The notes under the pieces were generated by a model that saw only the letters and a program-made list of their open reading frames with translations, ran no database searches and was not told the DNA's origin. A DNA stretch of 64,000 nucleotides, taken from positions 223,154-287,153 of the forward strand of contig CAZWXQ010000003.1 in assembly GCA_964637955.1 (NCBI GenBank), written 5' to 3'. Below are positions 50,689 to 59,822 of this stretch, piece by piece. The position numbers were made by a program, and so were the translations under genes. Origin of the DNA: an uncultured Gammaproteobacteria bacterium. GTDB taxonomy: Bacteria > Patescibacteriota > Microgenomatia > Levybacterales > UBA12049. Positions within the stretch are counted from its first letter, which is position 1. The number at the start of each line of letters is the position of its first letter.

Positions 50689-51327
50689 TTGCCAAGATTA
50701 AAAATGTTTGTTATAAATTTAAGCGAAATGGTAGTCGCAAAAAAAACGCAAAAAAAAGAAAAACTAAATAAGAAAGCATCTAAGGCTACGCCTGTACCTA
50801 AAAAAAATTCTACAAAGCCGGTTAAAAAAACATCTAAAACTCCAACTGTGTCAGTAAAATCAGATGTTAAATCTACAAAAAAGCCTGCTAAAAAAGTTTC
50901 AAATAAAAAATCTGTAGAAATTATTGAGTCGACGTCTGAAACTTCAAAAATAAATACTTCCAAAAAATCCAAATCAAATCAAAAGTTTTATGATCAATTG
51001 AAGTTAAGTGAATCATATGTAAGTTTGGTGCTTGGTGCAGTCGTGGTGGTGGGAATTTCATTTTTATTCTTAGTTTTTCTAAAAGAATCTAGAAAAACAA
51101 ATCTTACGAAACCGGAAGTCTTAAATGCTGAGATTAGTCCAGTGCTTACTAAAACACCCGCAAAAACTTATACCATGGGGGAAAATGAAACACTTTGGGA
51201 TGTGGCCGTGAAGTTTTATGGTGATGGATTTGCTTATCCAAAGATTATTGAAGCAAATAAAGATGTAATTCAGAATGCAGACTTTGTTCCACCGGGAACT
51301 GTGATTATTATTCCTGACGCAAAATAA
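50689..51327 (+). CDS. LysM-domain membrane protein with a lysine-rich N-terminal tail
   Basis: It has an N-terminal K/T/S-rich low-complexity region, one TM helix, and a C-terminal LysM (YTMGENETLWDVAVKFYG...IIIP). Confidence 0.7.
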   Translation: MPRLKMFVINLSEMVVAKKTQKKEKLNKKASKATPVPKKNSTKPVKKTSKTPTVSVKSDVKSTKKPAKKVSNKKSVEIIESTSETSKINTSKKSKSNQKFYDQLKLSESYVSLVLGAVVVVGISFLFLVFLKESRKTNLTKPEVLNAEISPVLTKTPAKTYTMGENETLWDVAVKFYGDGFAYPKIIEANKDVIQNADFVPPGTVIIIPDAK

Positions 51328-51330
51328 ATA

Positions 51331-52008
51331 CTATTTGCGAATAAGCTCTACTAAGATCAACCTAACGATAGCCCATCCATTAAAAAGGGGATGCATTTTG
51401 CGTTTACCGCCAATTCTTTTTGGTTCGCTTGCGGGAATCTCAGTTACTTTTAATTTTTCCTTCGCGCAGTGTATTGATAGCATGGGTTCTAGTCCTGCTC
51501 TCGGAATATTTATATCCATTTTTCTAACGACATCTTTTTTATAGGCGCGCATCATGACAAGAGTGTCTGTATACTTACCTCCAAAACATATATTAATTAT
51601 TTTTGTAAACATCCAGTTTCCAAATGCAGTAACTGGGTCATCGTCTTCACTTTTTGCGCCTTTCATGTATCTTGAGCCGATTACCATGTCATAATCTCCC
51701 TCCTTCATCTTTTTGACCAGAAGAGGAATTGCTTCAGGAAGAGAGTTTCCGTCGGGGCTAAATGATACGATTAGGTCACCTCGTGCAGCTTTAAGTCCTT
51801 CTCGAACAGCATTGGTTATACCTTTTTCTTTTTGCATGACGACTCTGTAGCCTTTGGACTTTGCATATTCTACGGTTCCATCTGTAGAGCCGCCATCTAA
51901 AAATAGGATTTCATCGACCCATTCTTTTTTAACATGAGGCATAACGACTTTCATGCCGTCAATTTCGTTTAACGTTGGAATAAGAAGAGTTACTTTATTT
52001 TTTTTCAT
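51331..52008 (-). CDS. GT2 polyprenol-phosphate sugar synthase (DPM1-like)
   Basis: VTLLIPTLNEIDGM...LFLDGGSTDGT is present. Length is 225 aa. Confidence 0.75.
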   Translation of the reverse strand: MKKNKVTLLIPTLNEIDGMKVVMPHVKKEWVDEILFLDGGSTDGTVEYAKSKGYRVVMQKEKGITNAVREGLKAARGDLIVSFSPDGNSLPEAIPLLVKKMKEGDYDMVIGSRYMKGAKSEDDDPVTAFGNWMFTKIINICFGGKYTDTLVMMRAYKKDVVRKMDINIPRAGLEPMLSIHCAKEKLKVTEIPASEPKRIGGKRKMHPLFNGWAIVRLILVELIRK

Positions 52009-52999
52009 TAAATACGTTGTATCTTTTATTTACGTCCTTTTTATTCGCCAAATACCATTCTATCGTCTCCTTGATTCCTTGTTCAAGTGTTACAAAGGGC
52101 GTGAATCCAAGAAGCTTCTTAGCCCGAGTTGTATCCATTAGTCTTTTTTTATCTCCCATGGGTTTGGTTTTATCCCACTTAATTTTAATAGGTCCGTTAG
52201 GCGCCAGGCTTGCTACTGTTTCTGCAATTTGCTTTATGGTTACCCCTGTTCCGCTTCCCAAATTAACTGGAACACTTATTCCATTTTCAAGAGCCAAAGA
52301 CATGCCACGGGCGACATCTTTGGCGTGAATGAGATCTCTTATTGGTGTGCCATCCCCCCATACTGTTAAAGGATTTTCTCCATTTACAGCTCTGTAAATA
52401 AGTGAAGGAATAACCATGGCATTCTCAGGATCAAAATTGTCATATGATCCGTACACGTTAGCCGGGCGAACTATTGAAATTTTATCCCAGCCATATTGAA
52501 TTTTGTAGCTTTCTGCTTGAAGTTCTCCCATGCGTTTTGCCCATCCTGCGAATTTATCATTTTCAGATGGAAAAGTTTTCCAAACATCATCCTCATAAAA
52601 AACTTCTGCTGGAGAATACACGCCAACTGAACTTGTATAAAGAAATCTTTTAACTTTTGCGCGACGGGAAGCCTCCATCATGTTGGTATTAAAAAGAATT
52701 GTTGGTACAAAAAAACTTGCAGGTTGTTCTTTTGTCATTTTCGGAGAGCCTTTTATGCCTGCGAGATGAAACACGAAGTCAATTCCTTCGCAAACCTGTC
52801 TGCAGTTATTTATATCTGTTAAATCTAATTTTGAAAACTTTGCTTTAGGATGAGCGCGAGATGAGTCATCAAGGGAAGCTATTGTAACTTTTGCACCCTT
52901 TTCAATCAGAAGATCGACGAGATATTTTCCAATCATGCCTGTCCCGCCTGTTACCAGTACTTTTTTATTTTTATAAAAATTATTTTTACTTTTTTCCAT
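51995..52999 (-). CDS. NAD-dependent nucleotide-sugar epimerase/dehydratase/reductase (SDR)
   Basis: KVLVTGGTGMIGKYL is the Rossmann motif. The start is assigned to the internal Met (MEKSKNN); the ORF-track start at 53137 adds a non-coding-looking leader. Confidence 0.7.
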   Translation of the reverse strand: MEKSKNNFYKNKKVLVTGGTGMIGKYLVDLLIEKGAKVTIASLDDSSRAHPKAKFSKLDLTDINNCRQVCEGIDFVFHLAGIKGSPKMTKEQPASFFVPTILFNTNMMEASRRAKVKRFLYTSSVGVYSPAEVFYEDDVWKTFPSENDKFAGWAKRMGELQAESYKIQYGWDKISIVRPANVYGSYDNFDPENAMVIPSLIYRAVNGENPLTVWGDGTPIRDLIHAKDVARGMSLALENGISVPVNLGSGTGVTIKQIAETVASLAPNGPIKIKWDKTKPMGDKKRLMDTTRAKKLLGFTPFVTLEQGIKETIEWYLANKKDVNKRYNVFNEKK

Positions 53000-53741
53000 T
53001 TGATTTCGTTTTTTTTGAAACTGTATTCGTAGGGATCGTGAAATATGCATATTTAAATGGAGACAAAAAAGCTGGAAGCTTAAGCCAAGGATATTCCAAA
53101 ACCACAAGATACCAGTAGAAAGGTCCAACAAGATCACTGAACTTTTTTGAGATTACCTCCTGTTTTTTAAATCCAGCTTTTTTTAAAAATCCATCCAAAG
53201 TGGACTGCGCAAGTACAAATGTCGGCATTGAGCCTGTGAGCTTAACTTTAATCCTTTCAAGTCTTTCCAAGTACTTAGGTAAAAAAATTTCGACAACTAT
53301 GATTTCTTTTTTACATACTCTTGCGAGCTCTTTGAAAAATTTCTCAAACTTCAAATATTGATCTTCATTTGATTCAAGTCCCAGGTGATGGAGTACGCCG
53401 TTTACTAAAACATAATCAAAGGAATTGTCTTTAAACGGTAAGTCCGCTCCGTCAGCTACTACTTGAATGTACTTATCTTTTCCATTTGATCTTTTTAGCA
53501 TCTCTTTATTTTTATCTACACCAACAAATTTAACTAGTGTTGCTGCGATCTCGTCTCCAAGGACATCGGACGGCTTAACTCCTCCGTTTCCAACATCAAG
53601 TACAGTAGATTTCTTTAGTCTTGGGTAATAGTTTTTAACTGCAACGTCGAAAATTGCTCTATTTACTCGAGAATTTACATCGTGTTCATAGTTTTTGCTG
53701 ATTTTGTCGAATTGATCTTTCTGCGATTTACTTAGACTCAT
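52986..53741 (-). CDS. Class I SAM-dependent methyltransferase
   Basis: Motif I is VLDVGNGGV. VGVDKN and FDYVLVNGVLHHL are present. Confidence 0.65.
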   Translation of the reverse strand: MSLSKSQKDQFDKISKNYEHDVNSRVNRAIFDVAVKNYYPRLKKSTVLDVGNGGVKPSDVLGDEIAATLVKFVGVDKNKEMLKRSNGKDKYIQVVADGADLPFKDNSFDYVLVNGVLHHLGLESNEDQYLKFEKFFKELARVCKKEIIVVEIFLPKYLERLERIKVKLTGSMPTFVLAQSTLDGFLKKAGFKKQEVISKKFSDLVGPFYWYLVVLEYPWLKLPAFLSPFKYAYFTIPTNTVSKKTKSNGKK

Positions 53742-54673
53742 ATATTTGCATAATCGTTTCTTTTAATTACCTGGTAGCCTTTAATTAATTCTGAAATACC
53801 TGATGACAAAGAAACCTTCGTTTTATATCCAGTCTTTTCTATTTTTTCATTTGAAACAATATAATTCCTTTGATCGGGATCCTTTCCAATAGGGGAATCA
53901 ACAAAGGTAAATTTTGGAATAAGTTTTTTAATTTCTTCGCAAAGTTCTCTTTTTGAGAGATTAGCTTCAGACAGGCCTACATTGTAGGCTTCATTTTTCA
54001 TTGTAGCAAAATTTTCCATAGTGTGGATAAACGCTCTAGCTACATCTCTAACGTGGATATAATTTCTCTTGAAGTCTGCTTCAAAAAGTACAACATAGCC
54101 ATCATTTAAGGCGCGGTAAGTAAAATCATTAACAAGAAGATCAAGTCTCATGCGAGGACTAATTCCAAAAACTGTTGCAAGTCGAAGCGTTATTACGTTT
54201 TTTTCTCGAAGTAGCGCTTTTTCTGCATCGACTTTTAGTTTTCCGTACAGTGAGATTGGATTAAGTGGCGATTTTTCGGTACAAAAAGCACCAGCCTTTC
54301 CGACCCCATATCCGCTATTAGTATTTGGAAAGATTATTTTTTGATTTGGTTTACGGAGTTTAAGAATTAGCTTAACCGCATCAAGATTAATTGATTTTGC
54401 TTCAAGTGGAAACTTGTCACATAATGGAGCGCCGACAAGACACGCGAGAGGAATAATAAAATCTTGGTTTAAGATAGCAGATTTCATCAATTTTTCATCT
54501 CGACAATCACCTCGAATTATCTTTAGATTTTTGTCATAACAAACATTGAGAAGGCTGTTTTGTTTGTAGTAAAAATTATCAACAACTGTTACTTCTATGC
54601 CTTTTTCAAGAAGCATAGGAACGAGAATCGAGCCAATATATCCGGCGCCTCCGGTCACTAAAACTTTTACCAT
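53738..54673 (-). CDS. NAD-dependent nucleotide-sugar epimerase/dehydratase (SDR)
   Basis: VLVTGGAGYIGS and YGKLKVDAEK (the YxxxK motif) are present. Confidence 0.75.
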   Translation of the reverse strand: MVKVLVTGGAGYIGSILVPMLLEKGIEVTVVDNFYYKQNSLLNVCYDKNLKIIRGDCRDEKLMKSAILNQDFIIPLACLVGAPLCDKFPLEAKSINLDAVKLILKLRKPNQKIIFPNTNSGYGVGKAGAFCTEKSPLNPISLYGKLKVDAEKALLREKNVITLRLATVFGISPRMRLDLLVNDFTYRALNDGYVVLFEADFKRNYIHVRDVARAFIHTMENFATMKNEAYNVGLSEANLSKRELCEEIKKLIPKFTFVDSPIGKDPDQRNYIVSNEKIEKTGYKTKVSLSSGISELIKGYQVIKRNDYANI

Positions 54674-54776
54674 TTATATAAATTCATACTTTAATAAATT
54701 CAGTATGACCCTTAGTTTTTCGCACATTCGATATTTTCAGTTCAACCCTGAGCAAAGTCGAAGTGGGTCGAGCGGG

Positions 54777-55721
54777 TCATAAAATATTTTTTTTGTACCA
54801 CGAAATTGTTTTTTCTATGCCTTCGTCCAAGGTGATTTTTGGCTTCCAGCCATAAGTTTTTTTCGCATGACTCGCATCAACAGCCAAATCAAATTTAATT
54901 GTTGGTTTTGATGAATCAAACTCCAAGTTAATTTTTTTACCGGAAATTTTAATAATTTTAGTTATTACTTCTTTTACTGAGAAGGCTTGCTCTATGCCTA
55001 AGTTAACCAAATCAAATTTTTCTTTTTGTTTTTTCAAAACTAATTCAACGAAATCAACTAAATCTGAAACATAAAGCAGGTCTCTCTTTTCAGATCCATC
55101 TCCCCAAACTGAAATCTTTTCATCTTTAGCGGTTAAAACCTTCGTAACCGTTGCTCCAAAAAAATGAGATCTTTCTAAATCGTACTTGTCGTAAGGCCCA
55201 TAAATATTTGAATGTCTTATCGCAGTATATTTGGTGTCTCCAATTCTTGAGTAAAACTCACACATTTTTTCCAAATAAACTTTTGTCCAACCAACTCCAA
55301 AATACTTATTAATAATTTGAGAATTAAAGTCGGTTTCTTTTACAGGTTTTTTTTGACTTGGATACATTGTGGTACAGCTAAAGAAGATTACATGTTTAAC
55401 TTTTTCTTCAAAACATGCTCGAAAGATAAGGCTATTCATTACGGCATTATCAGTAACATGGATGTACGGCCTTGTAACAACATCCTTTGAGCCAGTAGTT
55501 ACTGCAGCTGCTTGAATTACGATATCTTTTCCTTTTATTATTTTATCTACTTCTTCTGTTTTTGTTAGGTCAACTTTTATTAGTTTAATGCTTTTAATGT
55601 TGGGTTTTTTGGTAAGGTATGTGCCATAAATTTGTAAATCTTTTCTTTTGGAAAGTCTCTCCGCAATATTTTGTCCAATAAAACCGCTTACTCCGCAGAT
55701 TAATACGCTTGTTTTTTTCAT
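54777..55721 (-). CDS. NAD-dependent nucleotide-sugar epimerase/reductase (SDR)
   Basis: The Rossmann motif is VLICGVSGFIGQN. Length is 314 aa. Confidence 0.7.
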   Translation of the reverse strand: MKKTSVLICGVSGFIGQNIAERLSKRKDLQIYGTYLTKKPNIKSIKLIKVDLTKTEEVDKIIKGKDIVIQAAAVTTGSKDVVTRPYIHVTDNAVMNSLIFRACFEEKVKHVIFFSCTTMYPSQKKPVKETDFNSQIINKYFGVGWTKVYLEKMCEFYSRIGDTKYTAIRHSNIYGPYDKYDLERSHFFGATVTKVLTAKDEKISVWGDGSEKRDLLYVSDLVDFVELVLKKQKEKFDLVNLGIEQAFSVKEVITKIIKISGKKINLEFDSSKPTIKFDLAVDASHAKKTYGWKPKITLDEGIEKTISWYKKNIL

Positions 55722-55723
55722 TT

Positions 55724-56905
55724 TTATTTAACGTTATTCAATATATCACACAACTCATAAATTTTCTTCTCCTCAAGTGTGGGGTAGTTGCCTATATAAA
55801 AACCATAAAAATGAATGTGCTCTACGTTGGGAAATCTTTTATATTCTTTATCGTCAACAAGTTTTTTTAAATAAGGTTGTCTTAATTGATTTCCTCCACC
55901 AGAAGTTCCTCTACGAAATTCAACTCCATGAGCAAGAAGTGCTTTCATAACCTTTTCTGCAAAAAGCATATTAGGTTTTTTTATAACTAAAACAAATGCG
56001 TAATTACTGCTGCCTTCAGTTTCAAAATCTGTTTGATATATTTCCGAATTTAAATTTTCTAAAAAAACCTTTAAATTTTTTGTGCGAATTTTAATGTTTT
56101 TATCCAATCTTTTTAATTGTGATAATCCCATAACCGCAGCTATTTCAGTAGAGCGCATGTTATATGCAGGATAGGCGAATATGAAATCTGGATTTAGGTC
56201 CGGATATTTTTTTTGATAATATTTTTTTGTTTTGATAGAACTGGCCTCTCGTACCATGCCATGAGCGCGAAGCATTCGAAGCATTTCATAAATTTGGGAG
56301 TTATTTGTTGAGATCATTCCACCCTCTATCGTACTCATGTGATGAGCGTAATAAAAAGAAAAATTTGACATAAGACCAAATGTGCCAAGCTTTTTCTTTT
56401 TAAACGTTGCTCCATGTGATTCGCAAACGTCCTCAATAAGTGGAATTTTTCTAAGTCGCAACTCGTCTAATAATTTTTGAGTCAGTCCGTTATGTCCTAA
56501 TATATGAGTTAAAAAAACAGCTTTTGTTTTAGAATTAATTTTTTTCAAAACCTCTTTTTCTTCCATTGCGAGCGTTCTGGGATTGATATCCACAAATACC
56601 GGCTTAAAACCACATTGCATAACAGACGCTATATCAGAAACCCAGGTTAGGGGAGGGACAATTATTTCTCCCAAGCCGTATGTTTCTCGCAGAGCAAGAA
56701 TACTTAAAAGGTTTGCTGATGAGCCAGAGTTAACAAAAACACTATATTTACTTCCAAGCCATTTTGACCATTCTTGTTCAAATTTTTGTACATTAGTTGA
56801 CTGAGTAAGTATTGGATCGTTTTTGGATGAGAGGAATTCAATAACATTATCTAAATCTTCCCTTAAAATATTGTTTTGCATGAGTGGCCACTGTAGATTT
56901 TTCAT
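55724..56905 (-). CDS. DegT/DnrJ/EryC1-family PLP/PMP-dependent sugar 3-dehydratase (ColD/E1-like)
   Basis: SGSSANLL is present. The active-site block FSFYYAHHMSTIEGG has His at the position that holds the Schiff-base Lys in aminotransferases, as in ColD/E1 3-dehydratases. There is no C-terminal Cys cluster. Confidence 0.65.
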   Translation of the reverse strand: MKNLQWPLMQNNILREDLDNVIEFLSSKNDPILTQSTNVQKFEQEWSKWLGSKYSVFVNSGSSANLLSILALRETYGLGEIIVPPLTWVSDIASVMQCGFKPVFVDINPRTLAMEEKEVLKKINSKTKAVFLTHILGHNGLTQKLLDELRLRKIPLIEDVCESHGATFKKKKLGTFGLMSNFSFYYAHHMSTIEGGMISTNNSQIYEMLRMLRAHGMVREASSIKTKKYYQKKYPDLNPDFIFAYPAYNMRSTEIAAVMGLSQLKRLDKNIKIRTKNLKVFLENLNSEIYQTDFETEGSSNYAFVLVIKKPNMLFAEKVMKALLAHGVEFRRGTSGGGNQLRQPYLKKLVDDKEYKRFPNVEHIHFYGFYIGNYPTLEEKKIYELCDILNNVK

Positions 56906-57951
56906 TAAAACGGTCCTTTAAATTCAAATTCTGTAGACTTCAATGGTTCTTTGGGAGTCCATGTACTTCTTTTACCCGTAATCATTTTATACGCAGCCTG
57001 AGCGATCTGCAAGCCGTTAGGATAGAAAAGTTTCTCAAGTGATGGAGTAGGGGGACATGTAACCTGAGCAAAGCCCATACGATGAACTTTTATTTTTTTC
57101 TTATCTTGCATTTTTTCGACAACAGATGCGGTAATTTCACTACTAGCTCCACTTGTTATCCAATCATTGTCCACAACAATTAAGTGTCCTGTTTTAGAGA
57201 CAGATTTTGTAATGGTATCGATATCAAGAGGAGAAAGCCATATAGGATCTATAACTTCCGCACTTATTCCGATAGATTCTAAATACTCTCTTGCATGCAT
57301 GCACTCAAGCTGCATTTGTGAGATGCCAACTAAGGTTACGTCTTTGCCTTTTGCTGTTATTCTTGCTTTACCAGGCTCTACGGTGTATTGTTTTTCTGGT
57401 ACAAATCCTTTTTGGAAATGAAGAATTCTATGTTCAACAAAAATTACAGGATTATTGTCTCTAATTGCTGCAGTTAAAGATCCTTTTGCATCGTATGGGG
57501 TAGTTGGCGCTACTACTTTGAGGCCCGGAACATGCATAAAAAATGAGTAAAGTCCTTGTGAGTGCTGTGCTCCCTGGCCCCAGCTTTTGCCAATCATGCC
57601 TCTTACTACAAGAGGAATATTTACTTGTCCGCCATACATATAATGGGTTTTAGCAGCAATATTCACAAGTTGATTCATAGCAAGCATCATAAAATCCATT
57701 CTGATGTGTACGTGGATTGGTTTTAGTCCTGCAAGCGCCATGCCTACCGCTACTCCTGTCATAGAGTCTTCAGAAAGAGGAGTACCAAAGACACGACTCG
57801 AACCAAATTTATCAACTAGTCCTTTTGTAGTGCCTTGAATTGCTTTTGGATCATCTACATCCAGTCCGAATACGAGAACAGATTTATCCCGACTCATTTC
57901 TTGGTCGGTAGCTTCTCTTATTGCTTCAATGTAGGAAAGTTTGCGTATCAT
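56905..57951 (-). CDS. TPP-dependent dehydrogenase E1 beta-like subunit (transketolase-like)
   Basis: MIRKLSYIEAIREA...VLVFGLDV is a typical E1-beta N-terminus. The start is assigned to the internal Met at 57951. Confidence 0.7.
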   Translation of the reverse strand: MIRKLSYIEAIREATDQEMSRDKSVLVFGLDVDDPKAIQGTTKGLVDKFGSSRVFGTPLSEDSMTGVAVGMALAGLKPIHVHIRMDFMMLAMNQLVNIAAKTHYMYGGQVNIPLVVRGMIGKSWGQGAQHSQGLYSFFMHVPGLKVVAPTTPYDAKGSLTAAIRDNNPVIFVEHRILHFQKGFVPEKQYTVEPGKARITAKGKDVTLVGISQMQLECMHAREYLESIGISAEVIDPIWLSPLDIDTITKSVSKTGHLIVVDNDWITSGASSEITASVVEKMQDKKKIKVHRMGFAQVTCPPTPSLEKLFYPNGLQIAQAAYKMITGKRSTWTPKEPLKSTEFEFKGPF

Positions 57952-57952
57952 G

Positions 57953-58918
57953 TTAATCTTTAAAAACATCGCTGTAAAGCTCGGAGTCATTTGGGAATGG
58001 ACTTTTTTCTGCAAAATCGAAAGCATCTTGAATCTCTTTTTCTACAGTGTTTTCGATTTTATTGCGACTTTGTGTATCGATTAGCTCTCCAACTTTTTTA
58101 ACCTGGTCGTTTTTTACCCAAATCGCTCTTTCTTTTTCGCTTCTATATCCCAAATGAAAATCGTCATTTGGCCCTACATGTTCTTTCCACCTGTAAGTCA
58201 TGCATTCAAAGAAAAATGGACCTGAAATTCCTTGTCTTAAAGCTTGAATTTTAGATCCTACGCTGTCATATATTTTGAAAACGTCATTATTCTCAATTTT
58301 TTCAGAAGGTACTCCGAAAGATTTAACTTTTTCTAAAATGCTACTCCCTTGTCTTTGCTTTAAATGAGTATGTATTGCATAAAAGTTATTCTCGCAAATA
58401 AAGATAATTGGAAGTTTTTTAATGACAGCAAAATTGATACTTTCCCAAAAAACACCTTCATCAGTTGCACCGTCTCCAAAAAAACAGACTACAATAGACT
58501 TACTGCCTTTAGATTTTAGGGTATATGCATATCCAACTGCATGAGGAATGCTTGTTCCGACAACAGCAGATGTTCCCATAAAACCAGCTTCGATATCAAT
58601 TAGATGCATAGACCCTCCTTTTCCTTTAGCGCATCCCGTTGCTTTTCCATAGAGTTCTGCAATCATTTTACTTAAATCTCCACCTTTAGCTAGGTAAAGC
58701 GCATGGCCTCTATAAGTACCGAAAACGATATCGGTTGCTTTAAGAGCTTCACAAATACCAACTGAAACAGCCTCTTGGCCAATTGATAAGTGTACAGGAG
58801 ACTTAATTTTATCTGTTGGATAAACTTTCGCAATTTCTTCTTCAACGCGTCTAATTTTATATAAAGATTTATAGAATTTATTTGGTGATATTTTTTTCAT
58901 TTTTTTTAAACCATTCAA
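57953..58918 (-). CDS. TPP-dependent dehydrogenase E1 alpha-like subunit
   Basis: The TPP-binding motif GDGATDEG and YRGHALYLAKG are present. Length is 321 aa. Confidence 0.75.
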   Translation of the reverse strand: MNGLKKMKKISPNKFYKSLYKIRRVEEEIAKVYPTDKIKSPVHLSIGQEAVSVGICEALKATDIVFGTYRGHALYLAKGGDLSKMIAELYGKATGCAKGKGGSMHLIDIEAGFMGTSAVVGTSIPHAVGYAYTLKSKGSKSIVVCFFGDGATDEGVFWESINFAVIKKLPIIFICENNFYAIHTHLKQRQGSSILEKVKSFGVPSEKIENNDVFKIYDSVGSKIQALRQGISGPFFFECMTYRWKEHVGPNDDFHLGYRSEKERAIWVKNDQVKKVGELIDTQSRNKIENTVEKEIQDAFDFAEKSPFPNDSELYSDVFKD

Positions 58919-59822
58919 TAGTGAGATTTAATCCAACATCTAATGATGTTTTTGGCTCCCACCCTAAGGCTTTTATTTTTGAAGAATCTAAAAGTTTCCT
59001 TGGCATGCCATCTGGATGAGAAGTTTCAAATTTAATTTTTCCTTTAAATCCTGTTTGCTTACTGATTTCCTCAATCAATTCTTTTATAGATATATCATTT
59101 CCTGATCCAACATTAATAAACTCTGGATGATTATAATTTTGCATTAAAAAATATAGTGCATCTGCAAGGTCGTCAACATAGAGAAATTCTCTTTTTACTT
59201 TTCCAGTTCCCCAAATTTCAATGGAAGATAAATTATTTCGCTTGGCATCTAAGAATTTTCTTATAAGTGCCGGTAAAACATGAGAAACTTCTGGGTCAAA
59301 TTTATCGTTTGGGCCATAGATCGTTGCTGGCATCGCACAGATAAATTCTTTTTTAAATTGTTTAGAAATATACTCACAAAGTTTTAAGCCAGCGATTTTT
59401 GCAACAGCATATCCTTCATTGGAGGGTTCAAGTTTTCCAGTCAAAAGAAATTCTTCTTTCATTGGTTGAGGACTATCTTTTGGATAAATACATGAACTTA
59501 ATAAAAATAATAATTTTTTGACGTCTTTTTTATGCGATGTCCAGATTAAATTATTTTGAATCATTATGTTTTCATGCAAGAACTGCGCTTGGTGTGTCAT
59601 ATTGGCTTTAATTCCACCTACTTTGGCAGCAGCGATGATTACATATTCAGGTTTTTCTTCATCAAAAAATTTTTCAACTAAATCTTGTCTAGTTAAATCT
59701 AGCTCTGAATGAGTTTTAGTTATAATATTTTTATAGCCTTCTTTTTGGAACTTGGACAAAAGAGAAGAACCAACAAGTCCAGTGTGACCTGCGATATAAA
59801 TTCTAGCTTTTTTAGGTATCAT
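58878..59822 (-). CDS. GDP-L-fucose synthase family 3,5-epimerase/4-reductase (Fcl/ColC-like)
   Basis: Long blocks match E. coli Fcl: IYIAGHTGLVGSS, AAAKVGGI, KLLFLLSSCIYPK and EGYAVAKIAGLKLCE. The start is assigned to the internal Met at 59822. Confidence 0.8.
   Translation of the reverse strand: MIPKKARIYIAGHTGLVGSSLLSKFQKEGYKNIITKTHSELDLTRQDLVEKFFDEEKPEYVIIAAAKVGGIKANMTHQAQFLHENIMIQNNLIWTSHKKDVKKLLFLLSSCIYPKDSPQPMKEEFLLTGKLEPSNEGYAVAKIAGLKLCEYISKQFKKEFICAMPATIYGPNDKFDPEVSHVLPALIRKFLDAKRNNLSSIEIWGTGKVKREFLYVDDLADALYFLMQNYNHPEFINVGSGNDISIKELIEEISKQTGFKGKIKFETSHPDGMPRKLLDSSKIKALGWEPKTSLDVGLNLTIEWFKKNEKNITK

Noticed and set aside
50682-50972. 96 aa acidic ORF antisense to the LysM gene
   Set aside because: It is the mirror image of the Lys-rich (AAA/AAG) coding tract. 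The result is a Phe/Leu/Asp-rich artefact.
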